From Burkholderiaceae bacterium (lineage in GTDB: Bacteria > Pseudomonadota > Gammaproteobacteria > Burkholderiales > Burkholderiaceae_E): a DNA stretch of 64,000 nt. Below, in pieces: positions 40,290-50,022 of the stretch; the stretch's first letter is position 1; each line of letters begins with the position of its first letter. The notes under the pieces were generated by a model. The model saw nothing but the letters and a program-made list of their open reading frames with translations, searched no databases and was not told where the DNA came from. A program made the position numbers and the translations under genes. The DNA lies in NCBI GenBank assembly GCA_044371545.1, contig JBILTM010000001.1, forward strand, positions 30,316-94,315, in the 5' to 3' direction.

Positions 40290-42191
40290 ATGAGGACCGA
40301 CCCGCCCGCCGCGGACCCCCGTGACGTTCCGCACGCCGTCCCGCGCGCCGTCGAGCGCGACCCCGCGGTGCTGTTCGCGCCGCCGCGCGTCGAGCGCGTC
40401 GCCCGCGCCGACGGCTGCGTGCTGCTGCGTTCCCCCGATCCGCTCGGCGCATCGGCCCGAAGTGTCGGCGAGTGGCTCGAGGCCTGGGCGGCGCGCGCCC
40501 CCGACCGCACGTTCCTCGCCGAGCGCGACCCGGCCGGCGCGTGGCGCACGGTGGGCTACGCCGATGCGCTCGCACGCGTGCGTGCGCTCGGGACCTGGCT
40601 GCTCGAGCGCGGGCTCGGCCCGGAGCGCCCGCTCGCGATCCTGTCGGACAACGGCGTCGACCACGCGCTGCTCTCGCTCGCCGCGATGCATGTCGGCGTG
40701 CCCGCCGCGTCGGTGTCGGTCGCCTACTCGCTGATGTCGGCCGACCACGCGAAGCTGCGCGCGATCGTCTCGACGCTGACGCCGGGCGCTCTGTTCGTGT
40801 CGGCCGCCGCGCCGTTCGCCGCGGCGCTGCGCGCGATCGCGCCGCTGCACGACGCGACCGTCGTGGCTGCCGATCCCACCGGCGGGCCGGACGGCGTCGT
40901 GCCGCTCGAGCGTCTCCTCGAGCGCACCGACGAGGCGGCGGTCGCGTGCGCGTTCGCCGCGGTCGGCCCCGATACCGTCGCGAAGGTGCTGTTCACCTCG
41001 GGCTCGACCGGCACGCCGAAGGGCGTGGTCAACACGCAGCGCATGCTGTGCTCGAACCAGCAGGCCAAGGCGCAGGTCTGGCCCTTCCTCGAGCGCACGC
41101 CGCCGGTGATCGTCGACTGGCTGCCGTGGAGCCACACCTTCGGGGCGAACCACAACTTCAACCTGGTGCTGCGCAACGGCGGCACGCTGTACGTCGACGC
41201 CGGCAAGGCCGCGCCCGGCCCGTTCGACCGCACGCTCGCGAACCTGCGCGAGGTGTCGCCGACCGTCTACTTCAACGTGCCGCGCGGCTACGACCTCCTC
41301 GTGCCCGCGCTGCGCGCCGACGCCGCGCTGCGTCGGACCTTCTTCGCGCGGCTGCAGGTCGTGTTCTACGCCGCCGCCGCGCTGCCGCAGCACCTGTGGG
41401 ACGCGCTCATCGAGCTGTCGGTCGCCGAGCTCGGCCGCCCGGTGCCGATGGTGTCGGCCTGGGGCTCGACCGAGACCGCGCCGCTGTCGACCGACTGCCA
41501 CTTCCAGGCCTCGCGCGCCGGCGTCATCGGCCTGCCGGTGCCGGGCACCGAACTGAAGCTGGTGCCCGCGGCCGGCAAGCTCGAGATCCGTGTGCGCGGC
41601 GCGAACGTGACGCCCGGCTACTGGCGCGCGCCCGAGGCCACCGCGGCGGCGTTCGACGACGAGGGCTTCTACCGGATCGGCGACGCGGTGCGCTTCGCCG
41701 ACGCCGAGCACCCCGAGCGCGGACTGGTCTTCGACGGCCGCATCGCCGAGGACTTCAAGCTGTCCTCGGGCACCTGGGTCAGCGTCGGCGGCCTGCGCGT
41801 CAAGGGCATCGAGGCGCTCGCGCCGCTCGCGCAGGACGTGGTGGTCGCGGGCCACGACCGAGACGCGGTCGGCTTCCTCGTCGTGCCCAACGCGCCCGCG
41901 TGCCGCGCGCTCGCCGGCCTGCCCGCGGACGCGCCGCTCGCCGACGCGCTCGGCGCGGCCGCGGTCCGGAACGCGCTTCGCGACGGGCTGCGCCGGCTGC
42001 ACGCGGCCTCGGGCGGCGCGGGCTCGATGCACGCGACGCGCGCGCTGCTGCTCGACGAGCCGCCGTCGATCGACGCCGGCGAGATCACCGACAAGGGCTA
42101 CCTGAACCAGCGCGCGATCCTCGCTCGCCGCGCCGCGCAGGTGGACCGGCTCTATGCCGCCCGACCCGACGACCGGGTCGCCACGCTCTGA
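40290..42191 (+). CDS. AMP-dependent acyl-CoA synthetase (long, feruloyl-CoA-synthase-like subgroup)
   Basis: The ORF 39126..42191 was trimmed to the ATG at 40290, preceded by GAGGAG. FTSGSTGTPKGV AMP-binding motif, WGSTET, YRIGD, 633 aa. Confidence 0.88.
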   Translation: MRTDPPAADPRDVPHAVPRAVERDPAVLFAPPRVERVARADGCVLLRSPDPLGASARSVGEWLEAWAARAPDRTFLAERDPAGAWRTVGYADALARVRALGTWLLERGLGPERPLAILSDNGVDHALLSLAAMHVGVPAASVSVAYSLMSADHAKLRAIVSTLTPGALFVSAAAPFAAALRAIAPLHDATVVAADPTGGPDGVVPLERLLERTDEAAVACAFAAVGPDTVAKVLFTSGSTGTPKGVVNTQRMLCSNQQAKAQVWPFLERTPPVIVDWLPWSHTFGANHNFNLVLRNGGTLYVDAGKAAPGPFDRTLANLREVSPTVYFNVPRGYDLLVPALRADAALRRTFFARLQVVFYAAAALPQHLWDALIELSVAELGRPVPMVSAWGSTETAPLSTDCHFQASRAGVIGLPVPGTELKLVPAAGKLEIRVRGANVTPGYWRAPEATAAAFDDEGFYRIGDAVRFADAEHPERGLVFDGRIAEDFKLSSGTWVSVGGLRVKGIEALAPLAQDVVVAGHDRDAVGFLVVPNAPACRALAGLPADAPLADALGAAAVRNALRDGLRRLHAASGGAGSMHATRALLLDEPPSIDAGEITDKGYLNQRAILARRAAQVDRLYAARPDDRVATL

Positions 42192-42214
42192 ACCCACCAG
42201 CGCGATCGCAGATC

Positions 42215-42895
42215 ATGTACTACGAACCTGGAAAGACCACCCATGGCCTGCGCCACGACCCGTTCAAGTCGTGCGTCGTGCCCCGGCCGATCGGCTGGAT
42301 ATCGACCGTCGACGCGCAGGGCCGCGACAACCTGGCGCCCTACAGCCAGTTCCAGAACGTCACCTTCGATCCGCCGATCGTGATGTTCTCGGCGAACCAG
42401 GCGAGCGACGGATGCCGCAAGGACAGCGTGCGAAACGCCGAGCAGACCGGCGAGTTCGTGTGGAACATGGCGACCTGGGACCTCCGGGAGGCCGTCAACG
42501 CGAGCGCGCAGGAGCTCCCTCCCGATGTCGACGAGTTCCAGCTCGCGGGACTCGAGAAGGCGCCGTCCAGGCTCGTGAGGCCGAAGCGGGTGGCCCGCTC
42601 GCCGATCCAGTTCGAGTGCGTCTACCTGAACACGCTCCGGTTCCCCGGCAACGGCCCGATGGGCAGCGCCGACGTGGTGTTCGGCCGGGTGGTCGCGGTG
42701 CACATCGCCGACGAGGTGATCGACGCGAACGGCATGGTCGACGTGCTGAAGATCCGGCCGATCGCACGGATGGGCTACTTCGAGTACACCTCGGTCGAGT
42801 CGAAGTTCAGCATGGTGATCCCGGGCGACCAGCGGGCGCTGCTCGGCGGGCTCGAGGGCTCGGCGAGCAAGGTGGCGGACGCCCTCGGACGGTGA
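42215..42895 (+). CDS. Flavin reductase-like (FMN-binding split-barrel) protein
   Basis: The ORF 40472..42895 was trimmed to the ATG at 42215. VVPRPIGWISTVD...NLAPYSQF pattern, 226 aa. Confidence 0.82.
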   Translation: MYYEPGKTTHGLRHDPFKSCVVPRPIGWISTVDAQGRDNLAPYSQFQNVTFDPPIVMFSANQASDGCRKDSVRNAEQTGEFVWNMATWDLREAVNASAQELPPDVDEFQLAGLEKAPSRLVRPKRVARSPIQFECVYLNTLRFPGNGPMGSADVVFGRVVAVHIADEVIDANGMVDVLKIRPIARMGYFEYTSVESKFSMVIPGDQRALLGGLEGSASKVADALGR

Positions 42896-42931
42896 CGCAC
42901 GCGCGGTGCGCCACGCCGAGGGCCTCCCGGC

Positions 42932-44449
42932 TCAGGCGCGGTGCGCGGCGCCCGACTGCTCGTACGCGTACGCGACCCGGTACAGCGAGGCCTCGTCGAA
43001 GCGGCGCCCCACGAGCATCATCCCGACCGGCAGGCCTTCGGACAGGCCGCAGGGCAGGGTCAGCCCGGGGTGGTGCGTGACGTCGAACGGGCAGGTGTTG
43101 CCGAACATCTCGCTCGCGCGCTGCCACGATTCGGCGAGCGGCGCGTCGGGCGCCGGCAGCGGCGTCGCCTTCATCGGCGTGGTCGGCATCAGCAGCATGT
43201 CGACGCGCTCGAGCGCCGCGTCGTAGCGCCCGCGCAGCCAGCGGGCGAGGTTGACCGCCTTGCCGTAGAGCGAGTGACCGCGCTTGAGCCGCGCGATCTC
43301 GCCCGTGAGCAGCATCAGCAGGATGTGCGGCGGCAGCGCCGGCAACTGGTCGCGTCGCTCGAAGAGGTGCTGCATGAACCGCGTCGGATAGACGTCGCTG
43401 CGGCCGATGCCGAAGCCCGAGCCCTCGACCAGCGTGTGCGTCAGGCCCTCGAGCGCGATCGGCGCCCAGATCGCCGGGCCGACGAGGTGCTCGGGCACGC
43501 TGACCTCGACGACCTCGGCGCCCAGCCGGCGCAGCGTATCCGCGGCCGCGCGCACCATCGCGTCGACGTCGGGCTCCGAGTTCGGGTGGCCGAATCCCTC
43601 CTTCAGCACGCCGATCCGCAGACCGGCGATGCCGCGCTCCATCTCGGCGACGTAGGGCTGCGTGCGCGCGCCCAGTTGTCGCGGGTCGAGCCCGTCGGGA
43701 CCGGCGATCACCTCGAGCAGCAACGCATTGTCGCGCACCGTGCCCGTCATCGGGCCGACGTGGTCGAAGTAGGGTTCGATCGGCGCGATGCCGGTGTAGG
43801 GCACGAGGCCCCAGGTCGGCTTCATGCCGACGATGCCGCTGTAGGACGAGGGCATCCGGATCGAGCCCGCCTGGTCCGCGCCGATCGCCATCGGCACCTC
43901 GCCGGTCGCGACGACCACCGCCGAGCCCGACGACGAGCCGCCCGCCGACCGGTCCGGGCGGTGCGGGTGGCGGACCACGCCGGTCACGTTCGTGTGACTG
44001 CCGCCGGACAGGCAGAAATACTCGCAGTGCGTCTTGCCGGCGATCTCGCCGCCGGCCTCGAGGATCCGCGTGACCACGGTCGCGTCGAATTCGGGCACGA
44101 AGCCCTCGAGTTCGCGCGAGCCGTTGATCATCGGCAGGCCCGCGACCATCACGCTGTCCTTGATCGCGACGCGCCGGCCGGCGAGCGGGCCATCGGCGTG
44201 CGTGCGGATCGACGCGCGGACGAACCAGGCGTTGTGCGGGTCGGAGCCCGGCGCGGGCGAGCTCCAGGCGCGCGGCGCGGCGGGCGAAGGCGGCAGGTGA
44301 TCGGGCGCGGACTCGACGAAGCCGTACGCGCCGAGCAGGCCTTCGACCAGCGGGCGGTACTCGGCGAGGGTCTTCGCGTCGAGCGGCGGCAGGCCGAGCG
44401 AGGCGGCGGCGGCAGGCAGGTCGTCGGGACCGAAGGGCTCGAGGGGCAT
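42932..44449 (-). CDS. Amidase (amidase-signature family)
   Basis: The ORF 42932..45874 was trimmed to the ATG at 44449. GGSSSGSAVVVATGEVPMAIGADQAGSIRMPSSYSG signature, 505 aa. Confidence 0.9.
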   Translation of the reverse strand: MPLEPFGPDDLPAAAASLGLPPLDAKTLAEYRPLVEGLLGAYGFVESAPDHLPPSPAAPRAWSSPAPGSDPHNAWFVRASIRTHADGPLAGRRVAIKDSVMVAGLPMINGSRELEGFVPEFDATVVTRILEAGGEIAGKTHCEYFCLSGGSHTNVTGVVRHPHRPDRSAGGSSSGSAVVVATGEVPMAIGADQAGSIRMPSSYSGIVGMKPTWGLVPYTGIAPIEPYFDHVGPMTGTVRDNALLLEVIAGPDGLDPRQLGARTQPYVAEMERGIAGLRIGVLKEGFGHPNSEPDVDAMVRAAADTLRRLGAEVVEVSVPEHLVGPAIWAPIALEGLTHTLVEGSGFGIGRSDVYPTRFMQHLFERRDQLPALPPHILLMLLTGEIARLKRGHSLYGKAVNLARWLRGRYDAALERVDMLLMPTTPMKATPLPAPDAPLAESWQRASEMFGNTCPFDVTHHPGLTLPCGLSEGLPVGMMLVGRRFDEASLYRVAYAYEQSGAAHRA

Positions 44450-44553
44450 CGCGGGGCTCCTGGACGGGATACGGTTCGCGACGAGTCTAGGTCGGCGGCG
44501 TCCGGGTGCCTTGGACGACGTTGCGGTTCGTGCCCGCCGTTGCGGTCGGAGGT

Positions 44554-45468
44554 TCAGCGCACCGCGCGCCGGTACGCCGACGGCGGCAAGCCGACCTCGC
44601 GCGCGAAGCTGCGCGAGAAGTGCGCGGCATCCGCGAAGCCCGTGCGGTGCGCGACCTCCTCGACCGATCCCGCGCCTGCGGCGAGCAGCGTGCGCGCGCG
44701 CTCGATGCGCCTGCGCATCAGGTAGCGGTACGGCGTGTGGCCGGTGGCCGCCCGGAACGCGCGCAGGAAGTGCCAGCGGCTCAGCCCGCAGGCCGCGGCG
44801 AGGTCGTCGAGCCCGAGGTCCTCGTGGAGCCGTGCCTCGATCGTGTCGAGGACCGCGCGCAGGCGGGCGGGGGCGAGGCCCGCGCCGCCCTCGCGCGGCA
44901 CCGGGCGCGCGGCCGCGCGCGACGCGAGCGCGTGCAGCGCGGTCACGAGCCAGCCCTGCACCAGCAGCGGCGCGCAGTCCGGATCGAGGCGCGCCTGCGC
45001 CCACGCCCGCATCACGAGCTCGTGCACCACCGGCTCGACGAAGCCGCGATCGGTCAGCCGGTTCAGCCGCGCGAGCGGCCGGTCGATCGCGAGCTCGTCG
45101 AGGATCGCGCTCACCTCGGCGGACGGCACCGCGAGCATCACCGTCACCGACGCACCGTTCACCGTCCACCGGTACGGCGTGTCGGCCGGCAGCAGGTGCA
45201 CCGGCCGGGGATCGGGGCAGAAGTGGTCCCGCGGTCCGTCGCCGAGGTCGAACAGCGCCTGGGTCAGGCGGTAGTCGGGCACCGCCATGATCAGCAGGTC
45301 GGGCGTGCCGGGGTTCACGAATTCGTGCGCGCGCGCGAGTCGATGCGCCACCGTGACGAGCCGCCCCGAGCCCGCGCGCAGCGTCGCGTGCCGGCTGCCG
45401 GGGGCCTGCCGGTCGAGCATCGACGCGAACCGGGTCGGCGGACGCGTGTCGTGTGGGCGGGGCTGCAT
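44554..45468 (-). CDS. AraC-family transcriptional regulator
   Basis: C-terminal [40 protein letters not shown]...[12 protein letters not shown]. The ORF 44554..45843 was trimmed to the ATG at 45468 (alternative 45420). Confidence 0.85.
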   Translation of the reverse strand: MQPRPHDTRPPTRFASMLDRQAPGSRHATLRAGSGRLVTVAHRLARAHEFVNPGTPDLLIMAVPDYRLTQALFDLGDGPRDHFCPDPRPVHLLPADTPYRWTVNGASVTVMLAVPSAEVSAILDELAIDRPLARLNRLTDRGFVEPVVHELVMRAWAQARLDPDCAPLLVQGWLVTALHALASRAAARPVPREGGAGLAPARLRAVLDTIEARLHEDLGLDDLAAACGLSRWHFLRAFRAATGHTPYRYLMRRRIERARTLLAAGAGSVEEVAHRTGFADAAHFSRSFAREVGLPPSAYRRAVR

Positions 45469-45737
45469 CGGGTGCGACGCGGGACGCGGAGACCTGTGTG
45501 CGCGACCGTCGGAGACGCGGCCGGTGGCGGGCCCGGGCCGCGCTGCGCGATCGGATCCGCGCGACGATTCTAGCCCGGCCCCGGGGCCCGGCCGATCCCC
45601 GTCCCCGCGGGCGGTATGATCGACCGGCCCCGCGCCCGGCCGTGGCACGAAGCTTGCGTCGCCTGGCGTGGCGCGTCGGCCGGCCGCGATTCCGCACCCG
45701 GGCAGTGCGCGACCGAAGATCCGAGGCCCCCACGCCC

Positions 45738-48584
45738 GTGCCCGCCGCCCCCGCCGCTCCCCGATCCGCAGCACGCGCCTCGTCCCGCGGCACGCGCGCC
45801 GCGCCCCGCCGCGCGCGCGCGGGCGCCCCCGACGAGTCGGCACTGCTCGAGGACATCCGCTTCCTCGGCCGCATCCTCGGCGACGTGATCCGCGAGCAGG
45901 AGGGGCGCGAGGCCTACGAGCTGGTCGAGCGGATCCGCCAGCTCTCGGTCGCCTACCGGCACAAGCGCGACGCGGCGGCCGGCAAGACCCTCGACCGGCT
46001 GCTGAAGAACCTGACGATCGACCAGACGGTCTCGGTCGTGCGGGCGTTCAGCTACTTCTCGCACCTCGCCAACATCGCCGAGGACCGGCAGACCCTGCGC
46101 GTGCGCGAGGCGCACGAGCGCCGCGGCGACCTGCTCGAGGGCTCGCTCGCGATGGCGCTCGAGCGGCTCGCGGCGAAGGACCTGCGCGCTGCCGACGTCG
46201 CGCGCACGCTGCGCGGCGCCTACATCTCGCCGGTGCTCACCGCGCACCCGACCGAGGTGCAGCGAAAGAGCATCCTCGATGCCGAGCGCGCGATCGCCGA
46301 GCTGATCGCGCAGCGCGACGCCCTCGCGACGGACCGCGAGCGGCGCGCCAACGAGCAGCTGCTGCGCGCGCGGGTCACGCAGCTCTGGCAGACGCGGATG
46401 CTGCGCTACACGAAGCTCACCGTCGCCGACGAGATCGAGAACGCGCTCAGCTACTACCGGACCACGTTCCTGCGGCAGGTGCCGCGGATGTACGCCGAGC
46501 TCGAGGAGGCGCTGCGCGGCCACGAGGTCGGCACGTTCTTCCGGATGGGCAACTGGATCGGCGGCGACCGCGACGGCAACCCGAACGTGACCGCCGGCAC
46601 GCTCGAGACGGCGCTCGCGCGACAGAGCGAGACCGCGCTGCGCTTCTACCTGACCGAGGTCCACGAGCTCGGCGCCGAGCTGTCGATCTCGGCGTTGCTC
46701 GCGCCGGTGACCGACGCGATGCGCGCGCTCGCCGAGCGCTCGCCCGACCGCAACGAGCACCGGATGGACGAGCCGTACCGGCGCGCGCTGACCGGCGTCT
46801 ACGCGCGGCTCGCGGCGACCCTGCACGCGCTGACCGGCACCGAGGCGCTGCGCCACGCGGTCGCGCCGCAGGATCCCTACCCCGACGCGGAGGCGTTCCT
46901 CGCGGACCTGGAGACGATCTCGGCGTCGCTGGCCTCGCACCACGCGCAGGCGCTGATCGCGCCGCGGCTCTCGCCGCTGATCCGCGCGGTGAAGGTGTTC
47001 GGCTTCCATCTCGCGACGGTGGACCTGCGGCAGAGCTCCGACAAGCACGAGGCGACGGTCGCCGAGCTGCTCGCGGTCGCGCGCGTCGAGCCCGGCTACG
47101 CGGCGTTGCCCGAGCCCGACCGGCGCGCGCTGCTCGCCCGGCTGCTCGCCGACCCGCGGCCGCTGCGCGTGCACGGCGCGGAGTACTCGGCGCATGCGCT
47201 GTCCGAACTCGCGATCTTCGACCTCGCCGGCGAGATGCTGCGCCGCTACGGGCGCGCCGCGATCCGCCACTACATCATCTCCCACACCGAGGACGTCAGC
47301 GACCTGCTCGAGGTGCTGCTGCTGCAGAAGGAAGCGGGGCTGATGCGCGGCACGCTCGACGACGTCGGGACGGCCGCGCTGGTCGTCGTGCCGCTCTTCG
47401 AGACGATCGGCGACCTGCGCAACGCGCCGGCGATCATGCGTGAATTCTACGAGGTGCCGGGCGTGCTCGACCTGGTCGTGCGCTCCGGCGCCGAGCAGGA
47501 CGTGATGCTCGGCTACAGCGACAGCAACAAGGACGGCGGCTTCTTCACGAGCAACTGGGAGCTCTACCGCGCCGAGACCGAGCTGCTGCGCCTCTTCGAG
47601 CCGCTGCGCGAGCGGCGCGGGCTGGTGCTTCGGCTCTTCCACGGCCGCGGCGGCACCGTGGGGCGCGGTGGCGGCCCGAGCTACCAGGCGATCCTCGCGC
47701 AGCCGCCGGGCACGGTGAACGGGCAGATCCGGCTGACCGAGCAGGGCGAGGTGATCGCCTCGAAGTACGCGAACCCGGAGATCGGCCGGCGCAACCTCGA
47801 GATGCTGGTCGCGGCGACGCTGGAGGCGACGCTGCTGCACCCGGCGAAGACCGCGCCGCGCGCGTTCCTCGAGGCCGCGCAGGCGCTGTCGGACGCGAGC
47901 ATGGCGGCCTACCGCGCGCTGGTCTACGGCACGCCCGGCTTCGTAGACTACTTCTTCGACACCACGCCGATCCGCGAGATCGCCGAGCTCAACATCGGCT
48001 CGCGCCCCGCCTCGCGAAAGGCCACCCGCGCGATCGAGGACCTGCGCGCGATCCCGTGGTCGTTCAGCTGGGGCCAGTGCCGCGTCGCGCTGCCGGGCTG
48101 GTACGGCTTCGGCTCGGCGGTGAACGCGTTCCTCGGCGAGGCCGGCACTCCGGGCGATGGGCGCGAGGCGCGGCTCGAGCTGCTCCGGAAGATGCACCGC
48201 GGCTGGCCGTTCTTCCGCACGCTGATGTCGAACATGGACATGGTGCTCGCCAAGAGCGACCTGGGGCTCGCCGCGCGCTACCTCGAGCTGTGCACCGACC
48301 GCCGGCTCGCGAAGCGGGTGTTCGCCGCGATCGAGGCCGAGTGGCGCGCGGCGGACGCGGCGCTGTCGGCGATCACCGGCGAGACGCGGCGGCTCGCGTC
48401 GAATCCGGCGCTCGCGCGCTCGATCGCGCACCGCTTCCCGTACCTCGACCCGCTGAACCACCTGCAGGTCGAGCTGATGCGCCGCTACCGGGGCGAGGCC
48501 GGCGCCGAGCCCCACGAGCGCGTGCGCCGCGGCATCCACATCTCGATCAACGGGCTCGCCGCGGGCCTTCGAAACACGGGATGA
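45738..48584 (+). CDS. ppc: Phosphoenolpyruvate carboxylase
   Basis: [30 protein letters not shown]-terminal [17 protein letters not shown]. There is no ATG between 45453 and the conserved core, so a GTG at 45738 (or 45705) is proposed. Start uncertain. Confidence 0.92.
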   Translation: MPAAPAAPRSAARASSRGTRAAPRRARAGAPDESALLEDIRFLGRILGDVIREQEGREAYELVERIRQLSVAYRHKRDAAAGKTLDRLLKNLTIDQTVSVVRAFSYFSHLANIAEDRQTLRVREAHERRGDLLEGSLAMALERLAAKDLRAADVARTLRGAYISPVLTAHPTEVQRKSILDAERAIAELIAQRDALATDRERRANEQLLRARVTQLWQTRMLRYTKLTVADEIENALSYYRTTFLRQVPRMYAELEEALRGHEVGTFFRMGNWIGGDRDGNPNVTAGTLETALARQSETALRFYLTEVHELGAELSISALLAPVTDAMRALAERSPDRNEHRMDEPYRRALTGVYARLAATLHALTGTEALRHAVAPQDPYPDAEAFLADLETISASLASHHAQALIAPRLSPLIRAVKVFGFHLATVDLRQSSDKHEATVAELLAVARVEPGYAALPEPDRRALLARLLADPRPLRVHGAEYSAHALSELAIFDLAGEMLRRYGRAAIRHYIISHTEDVSDLLEVLLLQKEAGLMRGTLDDVGTAALVVVPLFETIGDLRNAPAIMREFYEVPGVLDLVVRSGAEQDVMLGYSDSNKDGGFFTSNWELYRAETELLRLFEPLRERRGLVLRLFHGRGGTVGRGGGPSYQAILAQPPGTVNGQIRLTEQGEVIASKYANPEIGRRNLEMLVAATLEATLLHPAKTAPRAFLEAAQALSDASMAAYRALVYGTPGFVDYFFDTTPIREIAELNIGSRPASRKATRAIEDLRAIPWSFSWGQCRVALPGWYGFGSAVNAFLGEAGTPGDGREARLELLRKMHRGWPFFRTLMSNMDMVLAKSDLGLAARYLELCTDRRLAKRVFAAIEAEWRAADAALSAITGETRRLASNPALARSIAHRFPYLDPLNHLQVELMRRYRGEAGAEPHERVRRGIHISINGLAAGLRNTG

Positions 48585-48612
48585 GCGGCGAGCGCGCGAG
48601 GACCCGACGACG

Positions 48613-49968
48613 ATGACCGCACAAGGCACCCCGCACGGCGACGGCGCGCTGTCCGCCGACGACGTCGCGATCGAGACCCTCGGCCCGGCGCGCCTCGCCT
48701 CGCCGGTCGCCACCCACCTCGGCGCGTCGGCGGTCCACTACGTCGGCGCGGCCGACCGCGTGCTGATCGACGACTCGCTGTCGGCGCTGCGCGCCGCGCG
48801 CGGCGCGATCGACGCGCTGCCCTCGTTCGAGCTCGCCGGCCCGCGCGACCGGATCTTCTTCGATCCGCGCACGCTGCGCTGCGGGATCGTGACCTGCGGC
48901 GGGCTCGCCCCGGGCCTGAACAACGTGATCCGCGGCATCGTGCTCGAGCTGTGGCACGGCTACGGCGTGCGTCGCATCACCGGGTTCCGCTACGGCTTCG
49001 AGGGGCTGATCGCGCGCCACGGGCACGAGCCGATGGTGCTCACGCCCGAGTCGGTCGCGCACATCCACCACCACGGCGGCACGGTGCTCGGCACCTCGCG
49101 CGGCTCGCAGGACCCGGCCGAGCTGGTCGACCACCTCGAGGCGAACGGCGTCGGCGTGCTGTTCGTCGTCGGCGGCGACGGCACGCTCGCCGGCGCGCTG
49201 CGGATCGCCGACGAGGTGCGCCGCCGCGGCGCACGGATCGCGGTGATCGGGGTGCCCAAGACGATCGACAACGACATCGGCTTCATCGACCGCAGCTTCG
49301 GCTACCTGTCGGCGTACTCTGCCGCGGTCGATGCGATCCGCGGCGCGCGGGTCGAGGCGATGGCCGCGCGCGACGGCATCGGTCTCGTCAAGCTGATGGG
49401 CCGGCACTCGGGCTTCCTCGCGTGCCAGGCGGCGCTCGCCTCGACCGAGGTCGACCTGGTGCTGATCCCGGAGGTGCCGCTGCGCATGGAGGGCGAGGGC
49501 GGCGTGCTCGCCTGCATCGACCGCGTGATCGCGCGCAAGGGCCATGCGGTGATCGTCGTCGCCGAAGGTGCCGCGCAGGACCTGATCGACGCGCCGCCGG
49601 GCGCCGATCCGCTCGATCGCAGCGGCAACCTCAAGCTCAAGGACGTCGGCCCCTTCCTGCGCGACGCGCTGGTCGCCCACCGCAAGGCGATCGGCCGCGA
49701 GCCGACCGTCAAGTACATCGACCCGAGCTACACCATCCGCAGCGTGCCGGCCTGCCCGTCCGACAGCGTCTATTGCTGGGACATGGCTCGCCACGCGGTG
49801 CACGCGGCGATGGCCGGCAACACCGCGATCTTGATCGGGCGCTGGCACGGCCGCTTCGTGCACGTGCCGATCGCGCTCGCGATCCGGCGGCGTCGCCACG
49901 TCGACACCGACGGCGACCTGTGGATGTCGGTGATCGAGTCGACCGGGCAGCCGCGCCGGTTCGCCTGA
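48613..49968 (+). CDS. pfkA: ATP-dependent 6-phosphofructokinase (long, plant/group-III-like PfkA)
   Basis: GIVTCGGLAPGLNNVIR, VVGGDGTLAG, GVPKTIDNDI, KLMGRHSGF motifs. Lies 28 nt downstream of ppc. Confidence 0.88.
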   Translation: MTAQGTPHGDGALSADDVAIETLGPARLASPVATHLGASAVHYVGAADRVLIDDSLSALRAARGAIDALPSFELAGPRDRIFFDPRTLRCGIVTCGGLAPGLNNVIRGIVLELWHGYGVRRITGFRYGFEGLIARHGHEPMVLTPESVAHIHHHGGTVLGTSRGSQDPAELVDHLEANGVGVLFVVGGDGTLAGALRIADEVRRRGARIAVIGVPKTIDNDIGFIDRSFGYLSAYSAAVDAIRGARVEAMAARDGIGLVKLMGRHSGFLACQAALASTEVDLVLIPEVPLRMEGEGGVLACIDRVIARKGHAVIVVAEGAAQDLIDAPPGADPLDRSGNLKLKDVGPFLRDALVAHRKAIGREPTVKYIDPSYTIRSVPACPSDSVYCWDMARHAVHAAMAGNTAILIGRWHGRFVHVPIALAIRRRRHVDTDGDLWMSVIESTGQPRRFA

Positions 49969-50007
49969 GGCGCGCGGGCAGGGCGGCCGGACGGCCCGAC
50001 GCGCGCC
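49969..50007. terminator. GC-rich hairpin (GGCGCGCG ... CGCGCGCC) between convergent pfk and glgP; possible bidirectional terminator
   Basis: An 8-bp inverted repeat read directly, starting 1 nt after the pfk stop. No U-tract. Confidence 0.3.
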
Positions 50008-50022
50008 GCCCGCCGCGGCGCG

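Noticed and set aside
42215-42895. The flavin reductases (also 55152..55745) as partners of two-component monooxygenases
   Set aside because: No LLM/HpaB-type oxygenase component is present next to either gene in this window, so no pathway claim was made.
45570-48713. 1047-aa minus-strand ORF
   Set aside because: It is antisense to ppc. The same reasoning applies to 50260..52599 and 50123..52861 (opposite or out of frame to glgP), 16905..19109 (opposite glyS), 19878..22472 (opposite lnt/corC), 29179..32241 (opposite leuA), 52747..54372, 4581..6320, 5587..7329 and 5891..7567.
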